Below are positions 27,757-36,668 of a stretch of DNA of 64,000 nucleotides, one piece after another. Position 1 is the stretch's first letter; every line of letters begins with the position of its first letter. Position numbers and translations under genes: made by a program. The DNA is from Nitrospira sp. (GTDB lineage Bacteria; Nitrospirota; Nitrospiria; Nitrospirales; Nitrospiraceae), in the NCBI GenBank assembly GCA_049840695.1, contig JASGJV010000005.1, positions 34,129 through 98,128 on the forward strand. The letters run 5' to 3'. The notes beneath the pieces are model-generated. The model had not been told where the DNA came from and did no database searches. It saw nothing but the letters and a program-made list of their open reading frames with translations.

Positions 27757-29208
27757 CTAGTATGAGGGAGCGAGTGCGGCGAGACGATCCCGGTCCTCGG
27801 TTGTGTTGCCCGTCGTTGTGGCGACTGTAGGTCCCTGCACAATGACCAATTCAAGGCGGCGGTTTTTCTGGCGGCCTTGTTCGGTTGCGTTGGAAGCGAT
27901 GGGTCTGGAATCGGCCATGCCGACCGCTTTAGTTCGCTCCGGAGACATCCCGCCGGTCACCAACGCCCGGCGCGCATTTTCTGCACGAGCCCACGACAGT
28001 GCCTTATTATCGGAAAACGTTTTCTGAAGGGTTTTGCTGAGCGCCTGATTGTCGGTGTGACCGGCCACCTGTACGAACTTGTCTGAAAGCGGTCCCAGCA
28101 CGGTGCCGATGCGTTTAAGCATCGTCATGCCTTCAGGAGTCAAGGCGGCTTCGCCGGAGGCAAACAGCCAATTGCTGGCCAGCGCGATCGTCAGTCGGCT
28201 TCCATCCTGCTTCACCGTGATCGCCTTCTGCTCGCTGTCGCTTGGCAAAACCTTCAGAATCTCCTCCTTCATGGAGGCAAAATTAGCTTCGCGCGCGGTG
28301 GACTGCCTGGGACTTGCCGGGGCCGTGCTTCCTGTGCGGCTGGCATCTTTCTCGGAGGATCCAACGTTTTTGTTGGAGGTCGTCCCCGCCTCTCGTGGGG
28401 CCGTCGTCGCTTGCGTACCCTTTTGGCGCGGCGAAAGATCCCGAGTCTTTTCATTCAGCCGTTGTTCAAGTGCGGCGATCCGGTGCCGGGCCTGGTATAT
28501 TTCTGCGATCATCGCATTATATTGCGGCACCAGCTTGTCCCGTTCCATGAGGCGCGAGCGAACCGTTTCAAAGGCTTGCTCCCGGTCTCTAAGCTGCTGA
28601 TCGAGCGCACTGATGCGTGCTTTGAGGGAATCAATCGTCGCCGTGGCCGTTTGTAATTGAGCGGCGAGACTATCCCGTTCGGCATTTTCAGCCTTAATCG
28701 TGCGGAGATCGTGATCCTGACGAGCGACCTGGGCTTCCAGTTCCAGGATGCGACGTTGGGTGACTTCGAGATCGGAAATAGCGGTGGAGCGGCTTTGAAG
28801 AGCGGCCAGATCTTTTTCTCTGGTCGCCAGTTGTTGCTCCAAGGTTCCGATGCGCTGCCGGGCTTGCAGTAATTCGTTGTTGGCCATTGCCAACTGACTG
28901 GTGAGTTTGTCACGTTCAGGAGTGAGTCGGCGCATCTCGGCGAGTTCCGCGTCTTTGGCATTCAGCAACTGGTCGTACGAAGCCGCGGCTGGTTGGTTCT
29001 GGCGATCCCCCAGTTTGCTTTCTAGATCGCGAATACGATCATGGAATTCCCCGAGAGTCGTCAGGAGCTGCTCGCGCTCCTGTTGAAGCGCCACGAGTTT
29101 GGCATCAGCTGCGGGAAGCGGGGCCGCGACCGGCTGTGGCCGAGGAACGGTCTCACAGGCCGAAGCGAGGGCACCGAGAACCATGAGCGCCCAAATAGCT
29201 CGTCTCAT
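27757..29208 (-). CDS. Coiled-coil lipoprotein with C-terminal OmpA/MotB domain (paralog A)
   Basis: Lipobox ASAC; about 220-aa heptad region; LFASGEA, VAGHTDN, LSWARA, RPIASN..QGRQKNRRLE. Confidence 0.9.
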   Translation of the reverse strand: MRRAIWALMVLGALASACETVPRPQPVAAPLPAADAKLVALQQEREQLLTTLGEFHDRIRDLESKLGDRQNQPAAASYDQLLNAKDAELAEMRRLTPERDKLTSQLAMANNELLQARQRIGTLEQQLATREKDLAALQSRSTAISDLEVTQRRILELEAQVARQDHDLRTIKAENAERDSLAAQLQTATATIDSLKARISALDQQLRDREQAFETVRSRLMERDKLVPQYNAMIAEIYQARHRIAALEQRLNEKTRDLSPRQKGTQATTAPREAGTTSNKNVGSSEKDASRTGSTAPASPRQSTAREANFASMKEEILKVLPSDSEQKAITVKQDGSRLTIALASNWLFASGEAALTPEGMTMLKRIGTVLGPLSDKFVQVAGHTDNQALSKTLQKTFSDNKALSWARAENARRALVTGGMSPERTKAVGMADSRPIASNATEQGRQKNRRLELVIVQGPTVATTTGNTTEDRDRLAALAPSY

Positions 29209-29380
29209 ACGATCTCTCCCTGGTCATCGGAACCACTGACGAACATGGCGGAGGGGTGATAGTCGTCACGGAACTATTCAGATGGGCAGCAAGCCCAGGC
29301 GACGGAGGCGGATCTGCTAGATGTTGATTAGCCGGTGTGCGCACTGCGTGCCTGACGAATCGGGTGACAACCATGCACGC

Positions 29381-29417
29381 CCCAAGAACACGCCAGGTAC
29401 TCTAGCGTGTTCTTGGG
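29381..29417. repeat. Perfect 13-bp inverted repeat between the two OmpA lipoprotein genes
   Basis: CCCAAGAACACGC-11 nt-GCGTGTTCTTGGG; no U-tract, so possibly an mRNA-stabilising hairpin. Confidence 0.7.
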
Positions 29418-29453
29418 ATGGACGCAAGGCGTACAACGCGTGATGGGCGAGGG

Positions 29454-30728
29454 CTACTGTCCGACCACGATTTCGACGCGCCGATTTTTCTGCCGTCCTT
29501 CGGCCGTTGAATTACTGGCGATGGGTCGGCTGTCGGCATGACCTTTGGCGCTAATCTTGTCGGCGGCCATGCCGCCATCCGTCAGCGCCTGGCGGGCGCT
29601 CTCGGCTCGCGCCTGGGAGAGCTCGGCATTGGTCGGGAATCGTTTTGCCAACCGTCCCTTGATCGGCACGTTGTCCGTGTGGCCTGCCACATGGATCGAG
29701 CGATCGGGATAGTTCTTGAGTACGCTGCCGATACGATTCAACACGTCCGCTCCACCCGGCTTCAGGGTGGCCTCCCCGGAATCGAACAGCAAGGTCGTGG
29801 CTAAACCGAGGGTGAGCTGATCCCCCAGTTGTTTCATCGTCACGTTGCCCTTGGATACCTCTGCCTGGAGCAGTTTAGTCAAATCATTCTTTGCTTCGGC
29901 AAGACTGGTCTTGTGTTGATCGAGTGCTCCACGTAGACCGGCCATTTCGTGGTCTCTGCGCCCGATTTCGTTTTCGAGGTCCGATGCTCGCTGCTTGGCG
30001 GCGGCGAGATCCGCCACGAGCCTCTCGCGGTCACCGGCCGCCCCCTTCAACGCCCCGAGTTCCTGATCCTTCCCATTGAGTTGGCGCTCCAGGTCGGCGA
30101 TGTGCTGTTTTGCCTGTGCCAACTCGGACGATAGACGATCGCGGTCCCCCGCATTGCTTTTCAACCCGGCGAGCTCCTGTTCCTTCGTCGCAAGCAATCC
30201 TTGCAATGCGGCCAACTCTCCGGCCAGCCGTTCCTTGTCGTTGGCATTCTGTTTCAACGCCGCCAGTTCCTGCTCTTTGCCCGACAACTGACTTGCCAGT
30301 CTGTCCTTTTCTCCAGCGGTACTTCTCAATGCTGCGAGTTCCTGCTCTTTGGCCGACAATTGCCGATTGGCATCGGACAATTGGCTTGCCAATCGATCCT
30401 TGTCGCCCGCGGCGTTCCGCAAGTCCGCCAATTCACGGTCACGCTGGTTGAGTTGGCTCTCCAGTTCCGCGATCCGAGCCTTGGACTGATTCAAGTCGGC
30501 GGCATTCGATGAACGCAGGCGCTCCAACTCCCCTTCGAGATCCGCCTTCTGGCGTTCCAGTTCTACGATCCGGAGATCGCGCGGATCCGGCTTGGGCGGA
30601 ATGGGCCTGGCGACGGCCTTCATCTCATTCAGCGCTCGGCTCGCTGAGTCATTGGGTGCCGGTGTGGATGTGCAGGCTGCGAGCATGGCAGCGCTCAGCA
30701 GCAGGGGAACAACGCAATCGTGTTTCAT
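29454..30728 (-). CDS. Coiled-coil lipoprotein with C-terminal OmpA/MotB domain (paralog B)
   Basis: Lipobox LAAC; five KEQELAAL...GDKDRL repeats; LLFDSGEA, VAGHTDN, LSQARA, NRRVEIVV; strong RBS AAGGAGG. Confidence 0.92.
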   Translation of the reverse strand: MKHDCVVPLLLSAAMLAACTSTPAPNDSASRALNEMKAVARPIPPKPDPRDLRIVELERQKADLEGELERLRSSNAADLNQSKARIAELESQLNQRDRELADLRNAAGDKDRLASQLSDANRQLSAKEQELAALRSTAGEKDRLASQLSGKEQELAALKQNANDKERLAGELAALQGLLATKEQELAGLKSNAGDRDRLSSELAQAKQHIADLERQLNGKDQELGALKGAAGDRERLVADLAAAKQRASDLENEIGRRDHEMAGLRGALDQHKTSLAEAKNDLTKLLQAEVSKGNVTMKQLGDQLTLGLATTLLFDSGEATLKPGGADVLNRIGSVLKNYPDRSIHVAGHTDNVPIKGRLAKRFPTNAELSQARAESARQALTDGGMAADKISAKGHADSRPIASNSTAEGRQKNRRVEIVVGQ

Positions 30729-30795
30729 GCAATCCTCCTTACAAAACAGTCAGACTGCCGGAATTCTCCGAGCAGCACGGGCGAACGCCCCATGG

Positions 30796-31221
30796 TTAGT
30801 GACGTTGATTCTTGAGGAGATCACGGATCTCGGTCAACAAGACCTCTTCCTTTGGTGGCGCCGGTGGGGGTGGTGGAGGCGCGGCCTTCTTAAAACGATT
30901 CATTTGTTTGACGACTAAAAAGATCACAAACGCCAGAATCGTAAAATCGAGCAGAGTCTGCAGGAAGACCCCATAGTTAATCGTGGGGGCACCAGCGGCT
31001 TTGGCCGCGGCGAGGGATTTGCCTTTGGCCTCTTCACTCAACGGAATAAAGAGACTGGAGAAATCCATGTGTCCCATGAGGAGGCCGATGGGCGGCATGA
31101 GAATATCGCTGACCACGGATGAGACGATTTTCCCGAATGCCCCTCCGATAATGACCCCCACGGCCATGTCGAGCACATTCCCTTTGACGGCAAACTCTTT
31201 GAACTCACTCATCATGCCCAT
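30796..31221 (-). CDS. mscL: Large-conductance mechanosensitive channel
   Basis: [30 protein letters not shown]...NYGVF...LLTEIRDLL. Confidence 0.98.
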   Translation of the reverse strand: MGMMSEFKEFAVKGNVLDMAVGVIIGGAFGKIVSSVVSDILMPPIGLLMGHMDFSSLFIPLSEEAKGKSLAAAKAAGAPTINYGVFLQTLLDFTILAFVIFLVVKQMNRFKKAAPPPPPPAPPKEEVLLTEIRDLLKNQRH

Positions 31222-31271
31222 TGTGTGCCCTCCTTGTGTGAGCCGAATAGATCCCGAAACCGTCTCGCACC

Positions 31272-32381
31272 TTATTGCTTTCGACTGGTGTCGAAGCTGT
31301 ATCCCAATGTGATCAGGTAGAGATTATCGGTATCCGACACACCCGGCGGCGGATTCTTGTTGTACCGCATCGTCCATTGGAATCCGCTGACCAGTCCGCC
31401 CCAGACTTTGAATCGCAGACCGGTATCAGCCGTCAGGTAGAGATCTTTGGAATTGGCGAGCGATTGGAAGCCTTCCTGGAAATGGTACAGGCTGACCTGA
31501 TCGCCGCCCCACAGGGGCCAATTCCATTTGACGGCCCATCGGCCACGTGCGCTGGACTTGTCGTTGGAGAGCTTGAAATCTTCATTGAAGTAGGCGGCAC
31601 CGGCTTCTGCCCAGAGCGTCATGTCTTTGAAGAGCCCTGTCAGGTCACCGCGATCAAGGAATTGATAGCCGGGACCGGTTGCGAGCGCGGTGCGCAGCTT
31701 CAGGTCTTGAAAGGTGTCCTGCTCGAAGTAGGCAGACGCGAACCAATACAACCGCTTCGTCAGAAAGAAGTCAAGTTTGATGGTGCCGCGGCTGTTTCGC
31801 ACGATGAGATTGCCGCTATTGTCTCCGTAGATGTAGCGACCCAGGATGGTCAGTCGCAGCGATTCGCTGCGGGCAGACAACTCGCCGAGCAGGCTGCCGT
31901 TTCGCAGATGGCTGTTACCCGTTGTTTGGGAGAAGCCGGCTTGAAGGGCGCCCGTATAAATCACGGCAGGCTGATTCATGCCCACCACCGCATCCAGAGG
32001 GATCGCCATTGGCGTTCCCATCGGCGCGGCCTGCAAAGTGAGCGTGCCAGGTTCGCCCGGCTGTGCCGTCCCGACCACCGTGGTGCCCTCTTTGAGGCTG
32101 AAGGGAATGGGACGGTTCACAACCAGTTTGGCCACGTTCGGCCACATGATCTTCACGATGTCGTCTCCGGCGGTCGGGCCAAATCCGGTCTTGATATGCA
32201 ACTCATCGGCGATCATGCCGAGGACACGTCCATAGATGACGGTACCGTCCTTGAGAGTGACCGAGTCCAGTGTCGGAGCTGCGGCTGTGGCGTCTGTGGG
32301 AGCCGGTGCTTCGGCTTTCACGCCGTAAGCCGTAAGCGTTACGATGAACAGCGCAAGAAAGAAACATGCAAAGCGTAGCAT
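31272..32381 (-). CDS. DUF481-type outer-membrane beta-barrel protein with N-terminal periplasmic domain
   Basis: Signal peptide; DSVTLKDG duplicated small domain; alternating beta-strands, [21 protein letters not shown]-terminal LGYSF. Confidence 0.8.
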   Translation of the reverse strand: MLRFACFFLALFIVTLTAYGVKAEAPAPTDATAAAPTLDSVTLKDGTVIYGRVLGMIADELHIKTGFGPTAGDDIVKIMWPNVAKLVVNRPIPFSLKEGTTVVGTAQPGEPGTLTLQAAPMGTPMAIPLDAVVGMNQPAVIYTGALQAGFSQTTGNSHLRNGSLLGELSARSESLRLTILGRYIYGDNSGNLIVRNSRGTIKLDFFLTKRLYWFASAYFEQDTFQDLKLRTALATGPGYQFLDRGDLTGLFKDMTLWAEAGAAYFNEDFKLSNDKSSARGRWAVKWNWPLWGGDQVSLYHFQEGFQSLANSKDLYLTADTGLRFKVWGGLVSGFQWTMRYNKNPPPGVSDTDNLYLITLGYSFDTSRKQ

Positions 32382-32932
32382 TAATCCATCCTCCTGGGGC
32401 TCGCGAATGGCAACGGTGTGCCGGATACCTAACGGGTAAAAGCACATTTGCGCGTTGTATAATTGATTCTGCGTAAGAGATCAACTTTTATCCCGCCCGC
32501 GCTGCCGCATTGCACAGTGCCATATCTGATGCGTATGGCACGGACCTTCATGCGATCAGATTGTCGAAACCCGGCTGGCAGAATGCGTGAGCCGACAGCG
32601 ACTGGCAGACGCAACTCGCCTACTTAACGACCTTCAGAGAGCTTCTCACTGGGGACATACATGTATGCGGAAGCCAATCAGGTGACAAAGACGTGGCCGA
32701 GCGAGATGGATCGGGGGCGCACGAATGCCGTCAGGGCTCTTGCCGCGCGGGTTCGATCCTCGCCGGAGTGCCCGGCAAAAGAGCACTCACTTGCGGAGAC
32801 GGCGCAAAGCTTCTCGAACACTGGTCCGCCGGCGACGCGTCATTCATTAGCCGATTCCGCGAGGTGCAACAGGCGCGCAGGGCGGCTAGCAACCTGAAAG
32901 AGAAATGCCGGTCATCGGTAATTCGTGTCTGA

Positions 32933-33733
32933 CTAAGAAGGATTGAGGAGGCGGACTTCACGTTGAGGAAAGGGAATGCCTACGCCATCTGCTCGTAATC
33001 GCTGGATGATGGCCTGGTTGAGTTCAATCTGTGCAGATCCGACCGAGGCCACAGGCACCCAGGGCCGAATGGACAGGGTAATAGAGGAATCGGCGAAGGC
33101 GGCAATACCGATAATCGGGGCAGGATCTTGAAGGACTTTCGGATGTCTGGCGACGAGTTCGCGCAGCACCTGGAGGGTGGTCTCGATATCGGTCTGATAG
33201 GACACTCCAATGGAGAGATCTAGTTGTCGGATGGTTCCGAAGTTGTGCAGAATTTCTCCGACGACTTTGCGGTTCGGGATGACAATCCTGGAATGGTCGG
33301 GATGCAGAAGCGTGGTGGTGAAGATATCAATCTTCGCGACATCTCCATGGACGCTCAAGAGGGAGATATGTTCTCCGACCCGGTAAGGCTTTGTGAAGAT
33401 GATCGAGAGCCCCGCCACCACATTGCTCAGCACCCCTTGCAAGGCCAGTCCGACACCGAGGCCGGCGACGCCGAGGCCAGCCACTAGCGGCGCGATTTGC
33501 ACGCCGAGTTGATCCAGTGCGATGAGAACGCCGAGGATGACCAGCAGCGCTTTGAGGAGTCGCAGGAGCAGCAGGCGCAGGGGCGGCTCGAGGTCCTGTT
33601 CGTTCAGCCAGCGCTCAAAGAGACGGCCCATCGCATTGGCCACGAAGAGGGCGGCAATGATGACGAGGATCGCCCCCATGATTCGAAACCCGTATTGCAC
33701 GATGTATTGGGTGATCAAACTGGCCAGTGACAT
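32933..33733 (-). CDS. mscS: Small-conductance mechanosensitive channel
   Basis: AGLGVAGLGVGLALQGVLSNVVAGL...KPYRVGE...IVIPN...GIPFPQ. Confidence 0.95.
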   Translation of the reverse strand: MSLASLITQYIVQYGFRIMGAILVIIAALFVANAMGRLFERWLNEQDLEPPLRLLLLRLLKALLVILGVLIALDQLGVQIAPLVAGLGVAGLGVGLALQGVLSNVVAGLSIIFTKPYRVGEHISLLSVHGDVAKIDIFTTTLLHPDHSRIVIPNRKVVGEILHNFGTIRQLDLSIGVSYQTDIETTLQVLRELVARHPKVLQDPAPIIGIAAFADSSITLSIRPWVPVASVGSAQIELNQAIIQRLRADGVGIPFPQREVRLLNPS

Positions 33734-33755
33734 GTCTCCTCCATCCAGTCCATCT

Positions 33756-35864
33756 CTACCGACCGAACAATCCCTTGAGAAGGTCTTGGCCTTGCTTTTT
33801 CAGGTCCTCCGGCTTGGCCGACCCTTTCAAGACGTCTGCCACCGCGCTCTTGACCTTTTCCTTTGCCTGTTCCTGGACTTTCCCCGCAAACATTTTTGTG
33901 TCGAGTCCATAGGAAGGTGCTTGGATACTGCCGGTAATCACCAATGGGAGCGAGAGGCGCCCGTTGGTCATCGCGACCTTTGCAATCGGTGAGCCGGCGG
34001 CGATTTTCTGGCTCAAGGCCTGAGACAGATTCAAATTCAGCTTCATGTCGAGTGATTGATCGAGGCCCATCGTCCCAGCGCCGGTGGCCTGGAAATCATA
34101 GCTGTCGATCAACAGTCGTTGCAGACCAACCAGCCCTTGTTTGATAACAACGTCGCTTTCGATGGTGGAGAACGCCGTCGCTTTGACATTGTCCAACGAT
34201 ACGCCGACCACTTTCAGTAGCATTGCGGCCTGTTGCAATAAATTGATCCCCTCGATTTTGCCTTCTCTGATGGACATGCGGCCGCTTCCTGCCAGGGCCT
34301 TCACGAGATCCGGATGAGTAAACCCCCGCCCGCTGAGCGCCAACTCGGCGCTGGCGGTGCCGCTGAGGGATACTTGGTCTGTGCCGACGGCCTGCAGCGC
34401 CGGTCCGACTTGGAGCCCTTGCAGTGCGACCGTGCCGGTGAATGGCGGAGTGGGGTTTCCCAAGCCCAGCGTTCCTTGCGTGCGAAGGAAACCTCCGAAG
34501 ACTTGGAGCGTGAGGTTGGTGAGTCGCGCTTCCTGGCCCTTCATTTCGGCCGCCGCCTGGAGGTCCTTGATCTCGACAGGCCTTTTTAGCGGCGACACGA
34601 TGGGAAGATCGGCGGTGTTCACGAGTTTTGAGGTCGCAGTCACCTTCGCCAGCCCGCCGAGGACCGATCCCTTGACCTCGACCCGTGAACTTCCCAATGC
34701 GACCGTCAGGCCCAGGTTCTGCACTTCTGCAAGGTCAAGGGGTGCGGTGCCTTCTTTGGGCGGATACTTCGCCCGGACGTTCATGTGCAGGTCTTTCACT
34801 TCGACCGGTTTGGCCAGGGGGAAGGCAACCGGAAGGTCGGAGGAACTGATACTGGCCGACGCCGCGGTGATATTGGCGAGCCCTTTGGTTGCCGTGCCCT
34901 TGATGTTGATCGCTGAGCCGCCCATAACCACGGTTAAGCCTAAATCAGTCAAGTCCACCTGGCTGGCGGGAGGGGTATCAGGCGGGATTGGGTACAGGGC
35001 ATGGAGCGTGAGATGCAGATCCTTGATTTGGACAGGCTTCGTCAGCGGCACTGCGACGGGAAGATCGGCTGTATCGATTTGCAGGGCATTGATCGTGGCA
35101 TCCAGAGTGCCGCCGACTGCGCGTCCCTTGAGCCCTACTGCTACCTTGCCGAGGCCCAGGTTGAACGTGAAGGATTTCACATCCAGCGTTTCAACCAATG
35201 GTCCGAATGTTCCATCGAGATGCACGGGAAGGTTATAGGGCAGAACGGTTGCCCCTAGGTGCACCGTGGGACTGTCGCCGAGATGGACTGAGGTCAGCAA
35301 AAATTCGAGCTGGGTAACGGTGTACTCCGTTGGCTTCGCGGTGGACTCGTCACGATAGGTCAGTTTGCCCCCATCGATCGAAACCCGGTCCACGGCAAAG
35401 AGCGCCAGAGCTTGGAGCGGGCTACCGGCCGGTTGTCCCGGAGCCTCGGGTTTTGATGGCGCGGCGGGGGCCGTGGGTTTGGCGCCGATGGTGGAGATGT
35501 TGAGCTGCCCCTGCGAATTTTTCAGGACTAGAATGACCGGGTCGCGCAGGGTGATCTCTTCCACATCGACCCTGCCTTTGAGCAGCGGCAGGAGCTTGAC
35601 GCCCACATCCAGCGAGGCGAGAGAGGCAAAGGGGCCTGTGCGGAACGCCGGGTCATCCTGGACAACAAATCCGCCGATTCGGGCCCCGATGCGTGGCCAA
35701 ATGGTCAGGCGGATATCCTGGAGTTCGACTTTCCGGTTGAGCGCCTCCTCAATCAACGGGCGGTATCGATCCTGATACTTGTTTAAATCGATGAGAAAAG
35801 GCAAAGCGATGATCAGGATCAGAAGGAGCAGGATCACGACACCGATCCCGACCAGGATTTTCAT
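33756..35864 (-). CDS. AsmA-family protein with internal 76-aa tandem repeats
   Basis: MKILVGIGVVILLL single N-terminal TM; LPFLIDLNKY..LIEEALNRKV; VKLLPLL.G.VDV; C-terminal GKIEGINL, AFSTI, LPLVITGSIQAP. True start is 35864, not 36296. Confidence 0.9.
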   Translation of the reverse strand: MKILVGIGVVILLLLILIIALPFLIDLNKYQDRYRPLIEEALNRKVELQDIRLTIWPRIGARIGGFVVQDDPAFRTGPFASLASLDVGVKLLPLLKGRVDVEEITLRDPVILVLKNSQGQLNISTIGAKPTAPAAPSKPEAPGQPAGSPLQALALFAVDRVSIDGGKLTYRDESTAKPTEYTVTQLEFLLTSVHLGDSPTVHLGATVLPYNLPVHLDGTFGPLVETLDVKSFTFNLGLGKVAVGLKGRAVGGTLDATINALQIDTADLPVAVPLTKPVQIKDLHLTLHALYPIPPDTPPASQVDLTDLGLTVVMGGSAINIKGTATKGLANITAASASISSSDLPVAFPLAKPVEVKDLHMNVRAKYPPKEGTAPLDLAEVQNLGLTVALGSSRVEVKGSVLGGLAKVTATSKLVNTADLPIVSPLKRPVEIKDLQAAAEMKGQEARLTNLTLQVFGGFLRTQGTLGLGNPTPPFTGTVALQGLQVGPALQAVGTDQVSLSGTASAELALSGRGFTHPDLVKALAGSGRMSIREGKIEGINLLQQAAMLLKVVGVSLDNVKATAFSTIESDVVIKQGLVGLQRLLIDSYDFQATGAGTMGLDQSLDMKLNLNLSQALSQKIAAGSPIAKVAMTNGRLSLPLVITGSIQAPSYGLDTKMFAGKVQEQAKEKVKSAVADVLKGSAKPEDLKKQGQDLLKGLFGR

Positions 35865-35891
35865 CACGGACCTCCGCTGAAATGGTCCCGC

Positions 35892-35920
35892 AGTATAGGA
35901 ATGCGCGCGAAAGGGGTCAA
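35892..35920 (-). promoter_or_regulatory. Putative sigma70 promoter for asmA-mscS
   Basis: Minus strand TTGACC-N17-TATACT, 27 bp upstream of the ATG. Confidence 0.6.
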
Positions 35921-36088
35921 TGGTGGCAAGTCGGCCTTGCATCGCACGTCGTCGCGATCGGGAGCTACGTCGTGGCCTCTCCCCTTGCCGTTTCGAGACC
36001 GAGTCCGATGGGCAGGAAGAGGCCTCCCTTACCTTGCCGCTCACCGGCCTGCGTGATAAGATGCCACCCTTTGAAGTCGTCCGATCGC

Positions 36089-36178
<90 letters not shown>

Positions 36179-36239
36179 TCGAAAGTTGCATGTAAGATTG
36201 GGAAGGCGTCTGAGTCGAATTGCCATCGCCAGCTGATGC

Positions 36240-36362
36240 GGTGGGATTCGAACGAGGGGGATCGCGGGGGAGGAACTCCCCTGCGTGGGGAGACACGAGG
36301 GGGCAGGCCCCCTCAGTGGGAGCGCGTACGCGCGACTTCGAATGCCCACCCTCTCCGCCATC
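36240..36362. repeat. tRNA-linked structured element ending in a direct repeat of the tRNA-Ser 3' end
   Basis: 36337-36362 repeats 36156-36180 with one extra G; 36240-36252 is an inverted copy of its first 13 bp; three hairpins or palindromes lie between. Confidence 0.75.
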
Positions 36363-36466
36363 AATTAGAGTGTGTCACGTCGGGCATGACGGGAAACGGT
36401 ATGATGGGGTGAGCTGTTCAAGGCTCCGCCCTTTGCCTTTCATGCCTGCCGGATCACGAAGCCCTC

Positions 36467-36567
36467 GGGGCCGGGCCCTGTGCAACAGAACCCTGTGAAC
36501 CCCGCCAGGTCCGGAAGGAAGCAACGGTAAGCGGTTCGTTCTGTGTGCCGCAGGATCACCTGGCCCC
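36467..36567 (+). ncRNA. ffs: Signal recognition particle RNA (core S domain)
   Basis: GCCAGGTCCGGAAGGAAGCAACGG helix-8 motif with GGAA tetraloop; closing stem GGGGCCGGG/CCTGGCCCC; usual position upstream of dnaX. Confidence 0.93.
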
Positions 36568-36668
36568 ACTTATTTTGACGGCTGGGCATACGTGGAAGGA
36601 TGCCTGTTCCGGCATTCGGAGCCGCCACTCGGCACGCAATCGTCACTACTGGTTAGAGCCTGACGACG

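Noticed and set aside
27757-30728. Flagellar motB genes
   Set aside because: Lipobox instead of a TM helix with the conserved Asp; no motA or other flagellar genes nearby.
31275-32378. 367-aa plus-strand ORF
   Set aside because: Antisense shadow of the DUF481 gene in GC-rich DNA; no motifs. The same applies to 49267..50181, 34357..35238 and most short ORFs in the track.
32410-32424. Sigma54-like promoter CGGCACACCGTTGC upstream of the DUF481 gene
   Set aside because: GG-to-GC spacing is 9 bp rather than the required 10.
32448-32932. Small ORFs or ncRNA in the DUF481-mscS gap
   Set aside because: Several overlapping 60-80 aa ORFs on both strands with no motif; no recognisable RNA structure.
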